Origin: Diplonema japonicum
Lineage: Eukaryota > Protista > Euglenozoa: Diplonemea
Length of the DNA: 64,000 nucleotides
Direction: 5' to 3'
NCBI GenBank assembly: GCA_964019335.1
Contig: OZ025672.1
Location: 124,001 to 188,000, forward strand
A model generated the notes under the pieces. The model was not told the DNA's origin. It saw only the letters and a list, made by a program, of their open reading frames with translations, and searched no databases. The translations under genes were made by a program, and so were the position numbers. This document shows positions 10,663 to 21,617 of the stretch, one piece after another (positions within the stretch are counted from its first letter, which is position 1; each line of letters opens with the position of its first letter).

Positions 10663-12510
10663 CTACTCGAAGGACTTGGCCCGCTGTGCAAGAACAAAGG
10701 CGGCAACAGAACGGAAAATAATGAAGATGCCCACCATGATGAGGGTGTAGATCCACCAGTCGTCACGGTTGATGTTCGAGTTCTCAATAAGCTGTGCTGT
10801 CTCGTTAGCCGCAAACGTGTTGTTGTCAGGAAGGGCGCTGTCTGAGAACTCAACAATCGACACCAATGCCACGCTGTACTTCAAGGGGCAGATCCACTGA
10901 AGCCACCTCATGAACACAGGGATGGAATCAGAAGAGATGAAGAAGCCTGCGAACAAGATCTGCGGGACATAGATGGCGGGTACAAGGTTCACAGCTGTCT
11001 CCGCCCTCGTCGTCGAGGCCCCCAACAGTAGCGCAGTCGAGGCCGACACAGAAGCCAGAAGGGTCAATGACAGAACAATCAGAATGAAGTTCCCCTGAAG
11101 GTCTACCATGAAGTAGGTCAGCACTGTTCCGAGAAGCTGCTGAACGAAACCAGCAGGAACATCGATGCAAGTCTTCGCAAGGAAGTAGGCGGCTGTCCCG
11201 TACGTCCCAACAGTGTACTCCCTGATGAACACAGCACGCTCAATGGGGAACACGAGAAGCATGGGTTGTGCCGACAAGAACATAGCATTGATCGAGAAGA
11301 ACACAAGAGCACCCCAATGGTTGTTCACATCCTTCGCCACCTCGTCACCAGTCACAGCATTGCCCCACTCATCACCAGCACCAAGGAAGATGAGACCAAT
11401 GAGGAGGGCGAGGATGATGCCCATCCCAAACCTAGCCATGAGGGTCATCTTGTCTCTGATGAACTGGTGGAACTCCCTCCTCAGAAGGTGTGCGAACTGT
11501 GTGTAGAAGGGTGCCGCCTTGAAGTCCCACATTCCACTTGCACTGTTCATCCCATTGATCTCACTCCCCACCTTCATGGGTGTCACTGCAGCAATGAGGG
11601 GTTCGATCTCCTCATCACTGAGTGTCTGAAGCTTCTGCATCGCAAAGTCAGCAGGGTTGTAGTTGGGCTTGCAGTGGTGGCCCTGAGCGGCGAAGTGAGG
11701 GAGGATCCCATCAATCGCACCGTTGTACACAAGTTGACCGTACCTCAGGAACATCACACGGTGGAAGAGGTCGAACACCTCACTCGAAGGCTGGTGGATC
11801 GTGCACACAATGGTGCATCCTTGCTCAGCAAGAGCCTTCAGAATCTTGATCAGCTCAAAGGCATTGTGGGAGTCCAGCCCACTGGTTGGCTCATCAAGGA
11901 AGATGAGGGAGGGAGAGGAGATGAGCTCCACAGCAACAGCAGCCCTCTTCATCTCACCACCAGACAGCCCAGGCATCATCACAGAGCCAATCATCGTGTC
12001 AGCACACCTCTGAAGACCGAGGGCATTGATCGCACCATCCACCAGCTTCTTCCTCTCCTCATCCGAGGTCTCAGGAAGTCGTAAGGCCGCTGTGAAGTGA
12101 AGGCACTCCCTGGGTGTTTGTGTGGCGAAGAGGGCATCCTTTTGCATCACGTAGGCAAGTTTCTTCCTGTAGGTCTCGGGAGCAACTGCCTCACCGTTCA
12201 AGGAGACCGTCCCGCTGGCTGTGCCGTAGGGTGCCCTCCCAGCAAGGACGTTCATGAGGGTGCTCTTCCCGGCACCAGAAGGGCCCATGATGGCGGTCAG
12301 CTCACCAGGACGGATCATCCCGGACACGTTCTTCAAGATCGTCTTCGTCTCGTTCTTCCCGATTGGGACGTCGAAGGTGAGCCCCTGCCATCTGAGGGTG
12401 ATGGGCTCCGTGTCCTTCCCGTGGAAGGGGGATGGCGAAGGGCTGTCGTTCTCGGGCTGGGCCTCGATGTCATTCGCGGAGTAGGGAGCGGTGTCGGGTG
12501 TGGTGGACAT
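10663..12510 (-). CDS. ABCG-family half transporter, copy 5
   Basis: Same motifs. ATG at 12510 follows an A-run. Confidence 0.95.
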   Translation of the reverse strand: MSTTPDTAPYSANDIEAQPENDSPSPSPFHGKDTEPITLRWQGLTFDVPIGKNETKTILKNVSGMIRPGELTAIMGPSGAGKSTLMNVLAGRAPYGTASGTVSLNGEAVAPETYRKKLAYVMQKDALFATQTPRECLHFTAALRLPETSDEERKKLVDGAINALGLQRCADTMIGSVMMPGLSGGEMKRAAVAVELISSPSLIFLDEPTSGLDSHNAFELIKILKALAEQGCTIVCTIHQPSSEVFDLFHRVMFLRYGQLVYNGAIDGILPHFAAQGHHCKPNYNPADFAMQKLQTLSDEEIEPLIAAVTPMKVGSEINGMNSASGMWDFKAAPFYTQFAHLLRREFHQFIRDKMTLMARFGMGIILALLIGLIFLGAGDEWGNAVTGDEVAKDVNNHWGALVFFSINAMFLSAQPMLLVFPIERAVFIREYTVGTYGTAAYFLAKTCIDVPAGFVQQLLGTVLTYFMVDLQGNFILIVLSLTLLASVSASTALLLGASTTRAETAVNLVPAIYVPQILFAGFFISSDSIPVFMRWLQWICPLKYSVALVSIVEFSDSALPDNNTFAANETAQLIENSNINRDDWWIYTLIMVGIFIIFRSVAAFVLAQRAKSFE

Positions 12511-13554
12511 TTTTCTTTTCTTTTTTTTTTTTTTTTTTGCAAATAACTGAAATATTTCAGAAGAATAAAGCAAGAGTTGCTGTTTCGACAAACAAGGTAA
12601 CTCCTTTATAAGGAAAACAAGGAAAGGAAGTAAGGGAAACAAATAGAGTGCATGAAACAAGTGGCGTAAAGGCTCTAAAGCTAGAATCACAAAACCATGA
12701 GGAATACCTAAATATAAAGGTGGGGAAGGTGCGACGGGTGAGCTTCACTAATATTGTTTCTTTTCTTCTAATTCTTTCTTTGGGATGTAAATAGGTTCGA
12801 CAAAGGAATACTGTATGTTTTATTTCTTTTTTTGTCTTTACATAATTGTTTATCGGGGAGGTGGCACAAGATCTTCGACACGGAGTGACAACAAAAATAT
12901 ATAAAAGTTTATTATATTATTGCCATCATTCCTTTCGTCTTTGAACATCTCCCCCCCTTGAAAAAAACTGCGAACCTAGAAAAGTAATGATTAACGGGGG
13001 GTAAACAAAAAGGGAACAAAAAAGATTTGGGGAAACGAAATATATGAATGGAAAAAACAGAGAAAGCAAAAAAAAAAAAAAAGTATAAATATACATTTCT
13101 TATACCCTTTTCTTTTTATATGCCATTATTCCTCCTTTTTTTTCGTGTTTTTCTTTTTCAACGTTCACTATTTCGTCAAAAGGATAGATTAAAATATTTT
13201 GAATTTCTTTTTAAAGAAATGCGTTGCGCGGTCTTAATTGGTATGTTCTCCTCCTACGAAGCCCAAGGACCACGTCTTTGCTATTATGTATTTCTCTTTG
13301 ACTCTTTTCTTAATCCCTAATTACTTCGGTATTCGCCATCGTGCGCGGCCTGCAATGCTCTTCCTTAGATAGCAAGGACTATAATTTAAAAAGTCATAGT
13401 ATTCGAATCAACAAAAAATAAAATGTGAATAAGTTCAATAAGTAACACAGAGGCAACTCGGGTTACTTTCGTAACTGCCCCTCTGGGCTAGAAGGAGCAA
13501 AAAAAAAAAAATATATGAGAAAAAAAAAGGGGGGTAAAAAAAAAATGCACACAA

Positions 13555-15423
13555 CTACTCGAAGGACTTGGCCCTCTGTGCAAGAATAATAGCGGCCACA
13601 CAACGGAAAAAGATGAAGATGCCCACCATAATGAGGGTGTAGATCCACCAGTCGTCACGGTTGATGTTCGAGTTCTCAATAAGCTGTGCTGTCTCGTTGG
13701 CCGCAAACGTGTTGTTGTCAGGAAGGGCGCTGTCTGAGAACTCAACAATCGACACCAATGCCACGCTGTACTTCAAGGGGCAGATCCACTGAAGCCACCT
13801 CATGAACACAGGGATGGAATCAGAAGAGATGAAGAAGCCTGCGAACAAGATCTGCGGGACATAGATGGCGGGTACAAGGTTCACAGCTGTCTCCGCCCTC
13901 GTCGTCGAGGCCCCCAACAGTAGCGCAGTCGAGGCCGACACAGAAGCCAGAAGAGTCAATGACAGAACAATTAGAATGAAGTTCCCCTGAAGGTCGACCA
14001 AAAAGTAAACCAGCACTGTTCCGAGAAGCTGCTGAACGAAACCAGCAGGAACATCGATGCAAGTCTTCGCAAGGAAGTAGGCGGCTGTCCCGTACGTCCC
14101 AACAGTGTACTCCCTGATGAACACAGCACGCTCAATGGGGAACACGAGAAGCATGGGTTGTGCCGACAAGAACATAGCATTGATCGAGAAGAACACAAGA
14201 GCACCCCAATGGTTGTTCACATCCTTCGCCACCTCGTCACCAGTCACAGCATTGCCCCACTCATCACCAGCACCAAGGAAGATGAGACCAATGAGGAGGG
14301 CGAGGATGATGCCCATCCCAAACCTAGCCATGAGGGTCATCTTGTCTCTGATGAACTGGTAGAACTCCCTCCTCAAAAGGTGTGCGAACTGTGTGTAGAA
14401 GGGTGCCGCCTTGAAGTCCCACATCCCACTTGCACTGTTCATCCCATCGATCTCACTCCCCAACTTCATGGGTGTCACTGCAGCAATGAGGGGTTCGATC
14501 TCCTCATCACTGAGTGTCTGAAGCTTCTGCATCGCAAAGTCAGCAGGGTTGTAGTTGGGCTTGCAGTGGTGGCCCTGAGCGGCGAAGTGTTCTAAAATAC
14601 CACCCACGGCACCATTGTACACAATCTGACCGAGCCTCAGGAACATCACACGGTGGAAGAGGTCGAACACCTCACTCGAAGGCTGGTGGATCGTGCACAC
14701 AATGGTGCATCCTTGCTCAGCAAGACCTTTCAAAACCTTGATCAGCTCAAAGGCATTATGGGAGTCCAGCCCACTGGTTGGCTCATCAAGGAAGATGAGG
14801 GAGGGAGAGGAGATGAGCTCCACAGCAACAGCAGCCCTCTTCATCTCACCACCAGACAGCCCAGGCATCATCACAGAGCCAATCATCGTGTCAGCACACC
14901 TCTGAAGACCGAGGGCATTGATCGCACCATCCACCAGCTTCTCCCTCTCCTCGTCAGAACTGTCAGGAAGCTTCAAAGCCGCTGTGAAGTGAAGGCACTC
15001 CCTGGGTGTTTGTGTGGCGAAGAGGGCATCCTTTTGCATCACGTAGGCAAGTTTCTTCCTGTAGGTCTCGGGAGAAACTGCCTCACCGTTCAATGAAACC
15101 GTCCCGCTGGCTGTGCCGTAGGGTGCCCTCCCAGCAAGGACGTTCATGAGGGTGCTCTTCCCGGCACCAGAAGGGCCCATGATGGCGGTCAGCTCACCAG
15201 GACGGATCATCCCGGACACGTTCTTCAAGATCGTCTTCGTCTCGTTCTTCCCGATTGGGACGTCGAAGGTGAGCCCCTGCCATCTGAGGGTGATGGGCTC
15301 CGTGTCCTTCCCGTGGAAGGGGGATGGCGAGGCGCTGTCGTTCTCGGGCTGGGCCTCGATGTCATTTGAGGCGTAGGGAGCGGTGTCGGGTGTGGTGGTC
15401 ATGTTATTTTCTTCGATGGTCAT
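13555..15423 (-). CDS. ABCG-family half transporter, copy 6
   Basis: Same motifs. ATG at 15423 (MTIEENN) or 15402. Confidence 0.95.
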   Translation of the reverse strand: MTIEENNMTTTPDTAPYASNDIEAQPENDSASPSPFHGKDTEPITLRWQGLTFDVPIGKNETKTILKNVSGMIRPGELTAIMGPSGAGKSTLMNVLAGRAPYGTASGTVSLNGEAVSPETYRKKLAYVMQKDALFATQTPRECLHFTAALKLPDSSDEEREKLVDGAINALGLQRCADTMIGSVMMPGLSGGEMKRAAVAVELISSPSLIFLDEPTSGLDSHNAFELIKVLKGLAEQGCTIVCTIHQPSSEVFDLFHRVMFLRLGQIVYNGAVGGILEHFAAQGHHCKPNYNPADFAMQKLQTLSDEEIEPLIAAVTPMKLGSEIDGMNSASGMWDFKAAPFYTQFAHLLRREFYQFIRDKMTLMARFGMGIILALLIGLIFLGAGDEWGNAVTGDEVAKDVNNHWGALVFFSINAMFLSAQPMLLVFPIERAVFIREYTVGTYGTAAYFLAKTCIDVPAGFVQQLLGTVLVYFLVDLQGNFILIVLSLTLLASVSASTALLLGASTTRAETAVNLVPAIYVPQILFAGFFISSDSIPVFMRWLQWICPLKYSVALVSIVEFSDSALPDNNTFAANETAQLIENSNINRDDWWIYTLIMVGIFIFFRCVAAIILAQRAKSFE

Positions 15424-15675
15424 TTTAGTTGTTTTTTGTCTTGTTAACTGGAAGGGAATAAATGTGGCTGCATGAACGCGTAAAGAAACATAAAAAGAGT
15501 AAGGGAAAAGCAACCTGCAGGCGCTCAGCATTCTTCCAAAGTGACGAAGGACAGTGAAAATAAGAAACTAGCTATGATAAAAAGGAAGATGCATGATCGC
15601 ACAAACAGAAGTAAAATTGTGTGAAAAAGGAACAGAAGAGAAAGGCACAACGAAAATAAAATTTTGATCTTTTAA

Positions 15676-15985
15676 CGTCAAGGTGACAAATCGAACAACG
15701 CTCCAAGTGTACCCTAAGTACAAGGGGTGGGTTCCAACCTGTGTGGCACCACCTCTCAGACATGGCGTGCCGTTTCCTCGCGGTAGGGTGGGGGAGGGGG
15801 GGGGGGGGCATCTTTTTCTTTTGCCGAAGCCAAATGCGATCCATGTTGCTCCTGTTTTGAAAGGTTTGTTTGTGCCAGGGATACACTCTGCCGAGCACCA
15901 TCACCCTGACACAGAAATGACTCGCTAAAGGGGAGGTGTCGTTACGCACCTAGACCCGACCAAAGGTCTTGCTGCCCCTTAAAAA
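15676..15985 (+). mobile_element. Dispersed ~320-bp SINE/SIDER-like repeat, copy A, with an HDV-like ribozyme candidate at its 5' end
   Basis: Colinear similarity with 48751-49110: GCTCCAAGTGTACC, GTTTCCTCGCGG, TTGCCGAAGCCAAATGCGATCCA, TGTTTGTGCCAGGG, GTTACGCACC, CCAAAGGT. The 3' end is A-rich. Confidence 0.7.
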
Positions 15986-17169
15986 GGTAAGAAGGACCTT
16001 ATTCAGTTTTATCTTTGCTTCTTCTCATCGGATAAAGGATACATATAGAAACACAACGAAGAATATGGCGTAAAACTCGTATTATTAAGCTGCGGACCGG
16101 TGCTAGGTTCTGCGCGCCCTTCTCCTTAAGGGGGAGGAAAGGAGTGTTAAAGGGTGCTTCTGAATATTATCCACAGCAAGCTAATCATCACAGCACCCGG
16201 AATGGTGCCCAAAATCCTAATCGGATTTCCAGGCTACCACCCGGGGAGCGACACGAGGTTTCTTTTTTTTTCTTTTTTTTTTCTCATTATGTAAATAGGG
16301 AATGGGGTGGGGGGGGGAGCTGGGTGCACGGTCTTTGTTTAGTACCATTCTCCTCCTTAAAAGGGGAAAAAAAAAAAAAAAATGGTCCACCGACCGATTT
16401 CGAAAAAAAAAAAGATATTCGGCCGGCTTTGTGCCATCCCGCGGGAGGAATTACCATGGGCAGCGGTGTTTTGATATTACTTTGCGTTCAGGATGACAAA
16501 AAGACCATTTTTTCTTTTTCTTTTTTTTCTCTTTTTTTTCAAGAGAATGTTAAAAGCGACCACGGCTTTGTTGTAGTTCCTTCTTTCTTTTTCTTTTCTA
16601 TTTTCTTTCTTCGATCTCTCACTAAACAACGTGAGGACTTACGTACGAATGCCCGTCCACCTTCCTTGCACTATCATGTGTCGTAGGCCGACACGAAGCA
16701 CTGTGTGTGCCATGATGAGATACATATATGAATTCACTCCTTTGTGCCCCATCTTTCGATCCCAGCTATGCAATCTCAAAGGTAAAAACCCAATATTGAA
16801 CAACGCAACGGTTCAACGATTGAAGAGTTACACAATATAGGGAAACAACCATCTGCGTTACACACCAGCGGATACCTCGAATCGGAAGCACAAAAAAAAA
16901 ATGAATGAACAGTAAAGTTTCCTGGAATTAAAAAAAAAAAATGGTTAGCACCAAAAAATAGAAATGATATGGCCCTAGATTCTCAATAGTCTTTGCGCTT
17001 TTAAAACTTAGTGACAAATCTTCGGACGCTCCGGCCACATCACCAACCAAGACAACGAAAAGAAATAAGAGGTGTTATGTAAAGGATAGTTATTCAGAAT
17101 TTAAAAAAATAGAAACACGGCGCTTCGAGAGGAACTCTTGGTTACTCCGCGGCCTTTGAAACACAAAAA

Positions 17170-19017
17170 CTACTCGAAGGACTTGGCCCTTCGCCCGAGC
17201 ACAAAGGCGGCAACAGAACGGAAGGCAATGAAGATGCCCACCATGATGAGGGTGTAGATCCACCAGTCGTCACGGTTGATGTTCGAGTTCTCAATAAGCT
17301 GTGCTGTCTCGTTGGCCGCAAACGTGTTGTTGTCAGGAAGGGCGCTGTCTGCAAACTCAACAATCGACACCAATGCCACGCTGTACTTCAAGGGGCAGAT
17401 CCACTGAAGCCACCTCATGAACACAGGGATGGAATCAGAAGAGATGAAGAAGCCTGCGAAAAGGATCTGTGGGACATAGATGGCGGGTACAAGGTTCACA
17501 GCTGTCTCCGCCCTCGTCGTCGAGGCCCCCAACAACATCGCAGTCGAGGCCGACACAGCAGCCAGAAGGGTCAATGCCAGAGCAATCAGGACGAGGTTCC
17601 CCTGAAGGTCCACCATGAAGTACAAAATCACGGTGCCAATAAGCTGCTGAACGAAACCAGCAGGAACATCGACACAGGTCTTCGCAAGGAAGTAGGCGGC
17701 TGTCCCGTACGTCCCAACAGTGTACTCCCTGATGAACACAGCACGCTCAATGGGGAACACGAGAAGCATGGGTTGTGCCGACAAGAACATAGCATTGATC
17801 GAGAAGAACACAAGAGCACCCCAATGGTTGTTCACATCCTTCGCCACCTCGTCACCAGTCTCAGCATTGCCCCACTCATCACCAGCACCAAGGAAGATGA
17901 GACCAATGAGGAGGGCGAAAATGATGCCCATCCCAAACCTAGCCATGAGGGTCATCTTGTCTCTGATGAACTGGTAGAACTCCCTCCTCAAAAGGTGTGC
18001 GAACTGTGTGTAGAAGGGTGCCGCCTTGAAGTCCCACATCCCGCCGGAGTGGTTCATCCCATCGATCTCACTCCCCAACTTCATGGGTGTCACTGCAGCA
18101 ATGAGGGGTTCGATCTCCTCATCACTGAGTGTCTGAAGCTTCTGCATCGCAAAGTCAGCAGGGTTGTAGTTGGGCTTGCAGTGGTGGCCCTGAGCGGCGA
18201 AGTGAGGGAGGATCCCATCAATCGCACCGTTGTACACAAGTTGACCGTACCTCAGGAACATCACACGGTGGAAGAGGTCGAACACCTCACTCGAAGGCTG
18301 GTGGATCGTGCAAATAATAGTGCATCCTTGCTCAGCAAGAGCCTTCAGAATCTTGATCAGCTCATAAGCATTGTGGGAGTCCAGCCCACTGGTTGGCTCA
18401 TCAAGGAAGATGAGGGAGGGAGAGGAGATGAGCTCCACAGCAACAGCAGCCCTCTTCATCTCACCACCAGACAGCCCAGGCATCATCACAGAGCCAATCA
18501 TCGTGTCGGCACACCTCTGAAGACCGAGGGCATTGATCGCACCTTCCACCAGCTTCTCCCTCTCCTCGTCAGAACTGTCAGGAAGCTTCAAAGCCGCTGT
18601 GAAGTGAAGACACTCCCTGGGTGTTTGTGTGGCGAAGAGGGCATCCTTTTGCATCACGTAGGCAAGTTTCTTCCTGTAGGTCTCGGGAGCAGTTGCCTCA
18701 CCGTTCAAGGAGACCGTCCCGCTGGCTGTGCCGTAGGGTGCCCTCCCAGCAAGGACGTTCATGAGGGTGCTCTTCCCGGCACCAGAAGGGCCCATGATGG
18801 CGGTCAGCTCACCAGGACGGATCATCCCGGACACGTTCTTCAAGATCGTCTTCGTCTCGTTCTTCCCGATTGGGACGTCGAAGGTGAGCCCCTGCCATCT
18901 GAGGGTGATGGGCTCTGTCTCCTTCCCGTGGAAGGGGGATGGCGAGGCACTTTGGTTCTCGGGTTGGGCCTCGATGTCATTCGCGGCGTAGGGAGCGGTG
19001 TCGGGTGTGGTGGTCAT
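17170..19017 (-). CDS. ABCG-family half transporter, copy 7
   Basis: Same motifs. ATG at 19017. Confidence 0.95.
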   Translation of the reverse strand: MTTTPDTAPYAANDIEAQPENQSASPSPFHGKETEPITLRWQGLTFDVPIGKNETKTILKNVSGMIRPGELTAIMGPSGAGKSTLMNVLAGRAPYGTASGTVSLNGEATAPETYRKKLAYVMQKDALFATQTPRECLHFTAALKLPDSSDEEREKLVEGAINALGLQRCADTMIGSVMMPGLSGGEMKRAAVAVELISSPSLIFLDEPTSGLDSHNAYELIKILKALAEQGCTIICTIHQPSSEVFDLFHRVMFLRYGQLVYNGAIDGILPHFAAQGHHCKPNYNPADFAMQKLQTLSDEEIEPLIAAVTPMKLGSEIDGMNHSGGMWDFKAAPFYTQFAHLLRREFYQFIRDKMTLMARFGMGIIFALLIGLIFLGAGDEWGNAETGDEVAKDVNNHWGALVFFSINAMFLSAQPMLLVFPIERAVFIREYTVGTYGTAAYFLAKTCVDVPAGFVQQLIGTVILYFMVDLQGNLVLIALALTLLAAVSASTAMLLGASTTRAETAVNLVPAIYVPQILFAGFFISSDSIPVFMRWLQWICPLKYSVALVSIVEFADSALPDNNTFAANETAQLIENSNINRDDWWIYTLIMVGIFIAFRSVAAFVLGRRAKSFE

Positions 19018-19129
19018 ATTTCTTTTCACAGTCGTTAACCTTTTAAGAATCTATTTCCATTTGATAGAGATAATAAATAAAAAGCAAAGTACTAAACCGC
19101 AGTCAAAAAACAAAAACAAACTCAAAGTA

Positions 19130-19895
19130 CAGGACAAGCCCCCCGCTAGAGGGCCGCCCTATGGGAGGGGGGGGGTCTATCTGTTAATACTCCCCTTCTG
19201 GAGCATTGCTTTCATCCCGATTGTGGCTGTGAGCGTCTTGCGAAGTCGAGTGATGCGATCCCGCTTGTAGGCGGCCTTCAAATCCATCAGCTTGTCGTGC
19301 GTGGACTGGGTAGCAAAAATGGGCCTCTTGGAGAAGCCTATAGCTGCCTTTCCTCCTATAGCGACTAGGGACTTCACCCTTTTCTGTTCGTCCGCTGGGA
19401 AGGGGCGTCGCTTCTTCCGTGCCCTGCACGCTGCGTTTATCTTTACGATTAGGGCCTTGATTCTGCGTGCCCTATCTTCCAGCAGGCCTCCTAATGATTT
19501 ACCGGTCGTCCATTGATTCCGAGGTGTCCTTCTCCACCCAGCGCAGCTGTGACAACCATTGTAGCAGCGGGTTCAGGTACTGGGACAGGACCCCACCCAC
19601 TCCTTCGAGCTCGCCTGCTATCGGAACGGGGCATCTCTTTCCTACTACATTTCGTTCCCACGGTAGCGGCTGTGTGTTGACGTCCTCCTTCTGCATGAGC
19701 TCCACGTCCCGCTTCTCAACCACCACGGCCAAGTATCGTTGCAGTTTTTCCAGGTATGCAAAGGCATGTCCTCTCGGCAGTATTGCGTGTAGCTCAAGAC
19801 ACAGGGGCCATCCCGTCCTGTCGCGCAGCGGTTCCAAACCGTCCTGTGCCAGCTCGTCCCGTGCGCAGGCACACTCGTAGAGCTGATGGCGGAGT
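19130..19895 (-). pseudogene. Frameshifted coding relic, possibly the 3' end of a non-LTR retroelement
   Basis: GC-rich island with two consecutive open frames joined near 19500 and no ATG at its 5' edge. It begins RHQLYECAC, resembling the H-x4-C half of a LINE C-terminal zinc knuckle. Confidence 0.35.
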
Positions 19896-20001
19896 AACAA
19901 AAAAAAAACCAAGAGCTATGCCACATTGAATCGTCGCATGAATCAAAAAAGACAGAATGGCATATATGTTACTACAGAGAGAAACAAAAAAAATAACCCC
20001 A

Positions 20002-21148
20002 TCACAGCTTCTCCATCGTTTCGGCTTGCCTTGTGAGGGTCTCCGGCGGACGGGAAAGCCGACTTATGCTATTGAAGAGGTTCCCCACCTTGACGTAGTC
20101 GGTGCCAGTGTGCTTGTAAGTGGCGGAGAAAGGAAAGAGGAAGGCTGCCTTGGCACCGTCACCACAAACGGCGAAGAAGTTCGCCTTTTTGGAGCCAAGA
20201 TCGAAGGATGAGTCTTGCTTTCGATACTCGATGTCGGTCATGTTTTTAGAAATAAAAACTGTGTGCTGAAGCACAAGCACACTCACACCTATGAAAATGA
20301 AGCAAACCATTGAGAAGGCAGCTATGAAGAGGGAACCGTACCATTTTGGCTTTTCGGACCATTCATTTTGCGATTCATGCTGTGTGTGTGTGTGTGTGTA
20401 TTATTTTTTTTCTCTGTTTTCATTACCTTAACAACTGCGAAGGCCGTCCCAAGCCACACCATGCTTGCAACCATGATGTACCAAATCAGCACGTAGTAAA
20501 CCTTGTGGTTGCGAAACCCAATACACTGCCCTACCCAAGGACAGTGGTGATCGTATCTCAGAACACAAACGTTGCACTTCCGACAATGGTGCGCTCGGAA
20601 AGGTTTGTACGCCTATTTTTTTTTTTTTTATTTTTCTCTCTTTCTTTTTTTTTTTTCCCCCATACCTCACAAGGGACACATTGTGGAAGATCCAGCATCT
20701 CATCTTCAGTCAGGACAGGATGGCCAGATTTATATTTGAAAGGGAGATGCCCCGGGCCAGTGCGGACTACCTTTATGTATGCTGTAACACACATAATGTA
20801 GAGAAGCGTCATAACACCTCCTAGAACAAGGGATGAGGCAGGCCATTCAGTTGGATAGGAGGACAGTTGATGAGGGCCGGCATCTGCGTAATAGTCACCA
20901 CACACATGGACAACGTAAGAGGTGTAAGAGCAAGCGAAGAAAACTATGCTTGCTGCGATGCCAACCTTGTCCTGGAACCTCCTCGGGTCGCGCGGTGTTT
21001 CCTTCTCTACCTCTGTTAGAACCTCCTTTGGGACCTCCTCTACTGTTTGCTTCGTTCGCGTGTCGTACCACGAAACCCATTTTATTACATCCATGCTCTC
21101 CCGCTTTGTCCCTATCCATGGACCGATCGCCACTTCTTCCAGAACCAT
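20002..21148 (-). CDS. DHHC palmitoyltransferase, 3 exons (introns 20613-20665, 20380-20426)
   Basis: Removing two GT-AG introns gives CVPCE|AYKPFRAHHCRKCNVCVLRYDHHCPWVGQCIGFRNHK plus four TM segments in one frame. Confidence 0.93.
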
Positions 21149-21617
21149 TTTCCCTTTTCTCCCCCTCCCCCCACCCCCTCGCACGCTTTATATATTTCCC
21201 GATTACAGTTTGTAAAAAAAAGGGGGGGGATGAAAATCTAAGACTGCACAGGCAAAAAGGGGGGGGGGGGGAAATATGGGGTTTTTTTTAATGTTCTCCC
21301 TTAGGTGCTTATTTTTTTCCCCTACTTTTTCGTCGGTTGTTTTTTTTTTTGCCGAAGAAATTATAAGGGGGGGGGGAGGTTTCTTTAGAAAAAAAAAACC
21401 TCAATTCAAAAAAAAGTAACCAAAAAAAAAATGCAATGAATGCACTCGCTGCTCAACTTTCAAAGGAAAAAAAAAAATCGTCTGCACCAGCAAGCCTAAG
21501 GGAGGGGGGATAAATCTTCTAGGGGGGAAAAAAAAACTCTTCAAACAAAAAAAAAGAAGAGAGGCAGGGAGGGCGGGGGGGGGGGGGGGGGGAAGATTCT
21601 AAAAAAAAAAAAAAATC

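Noticed and set aside
575-19038. Long plus-strand ORFs over the ABCG genes (up to 421 aa)
   Set aside because: They are antisense shadows caused by codon bias. They break at different places in each paralogue and carry no motifs.
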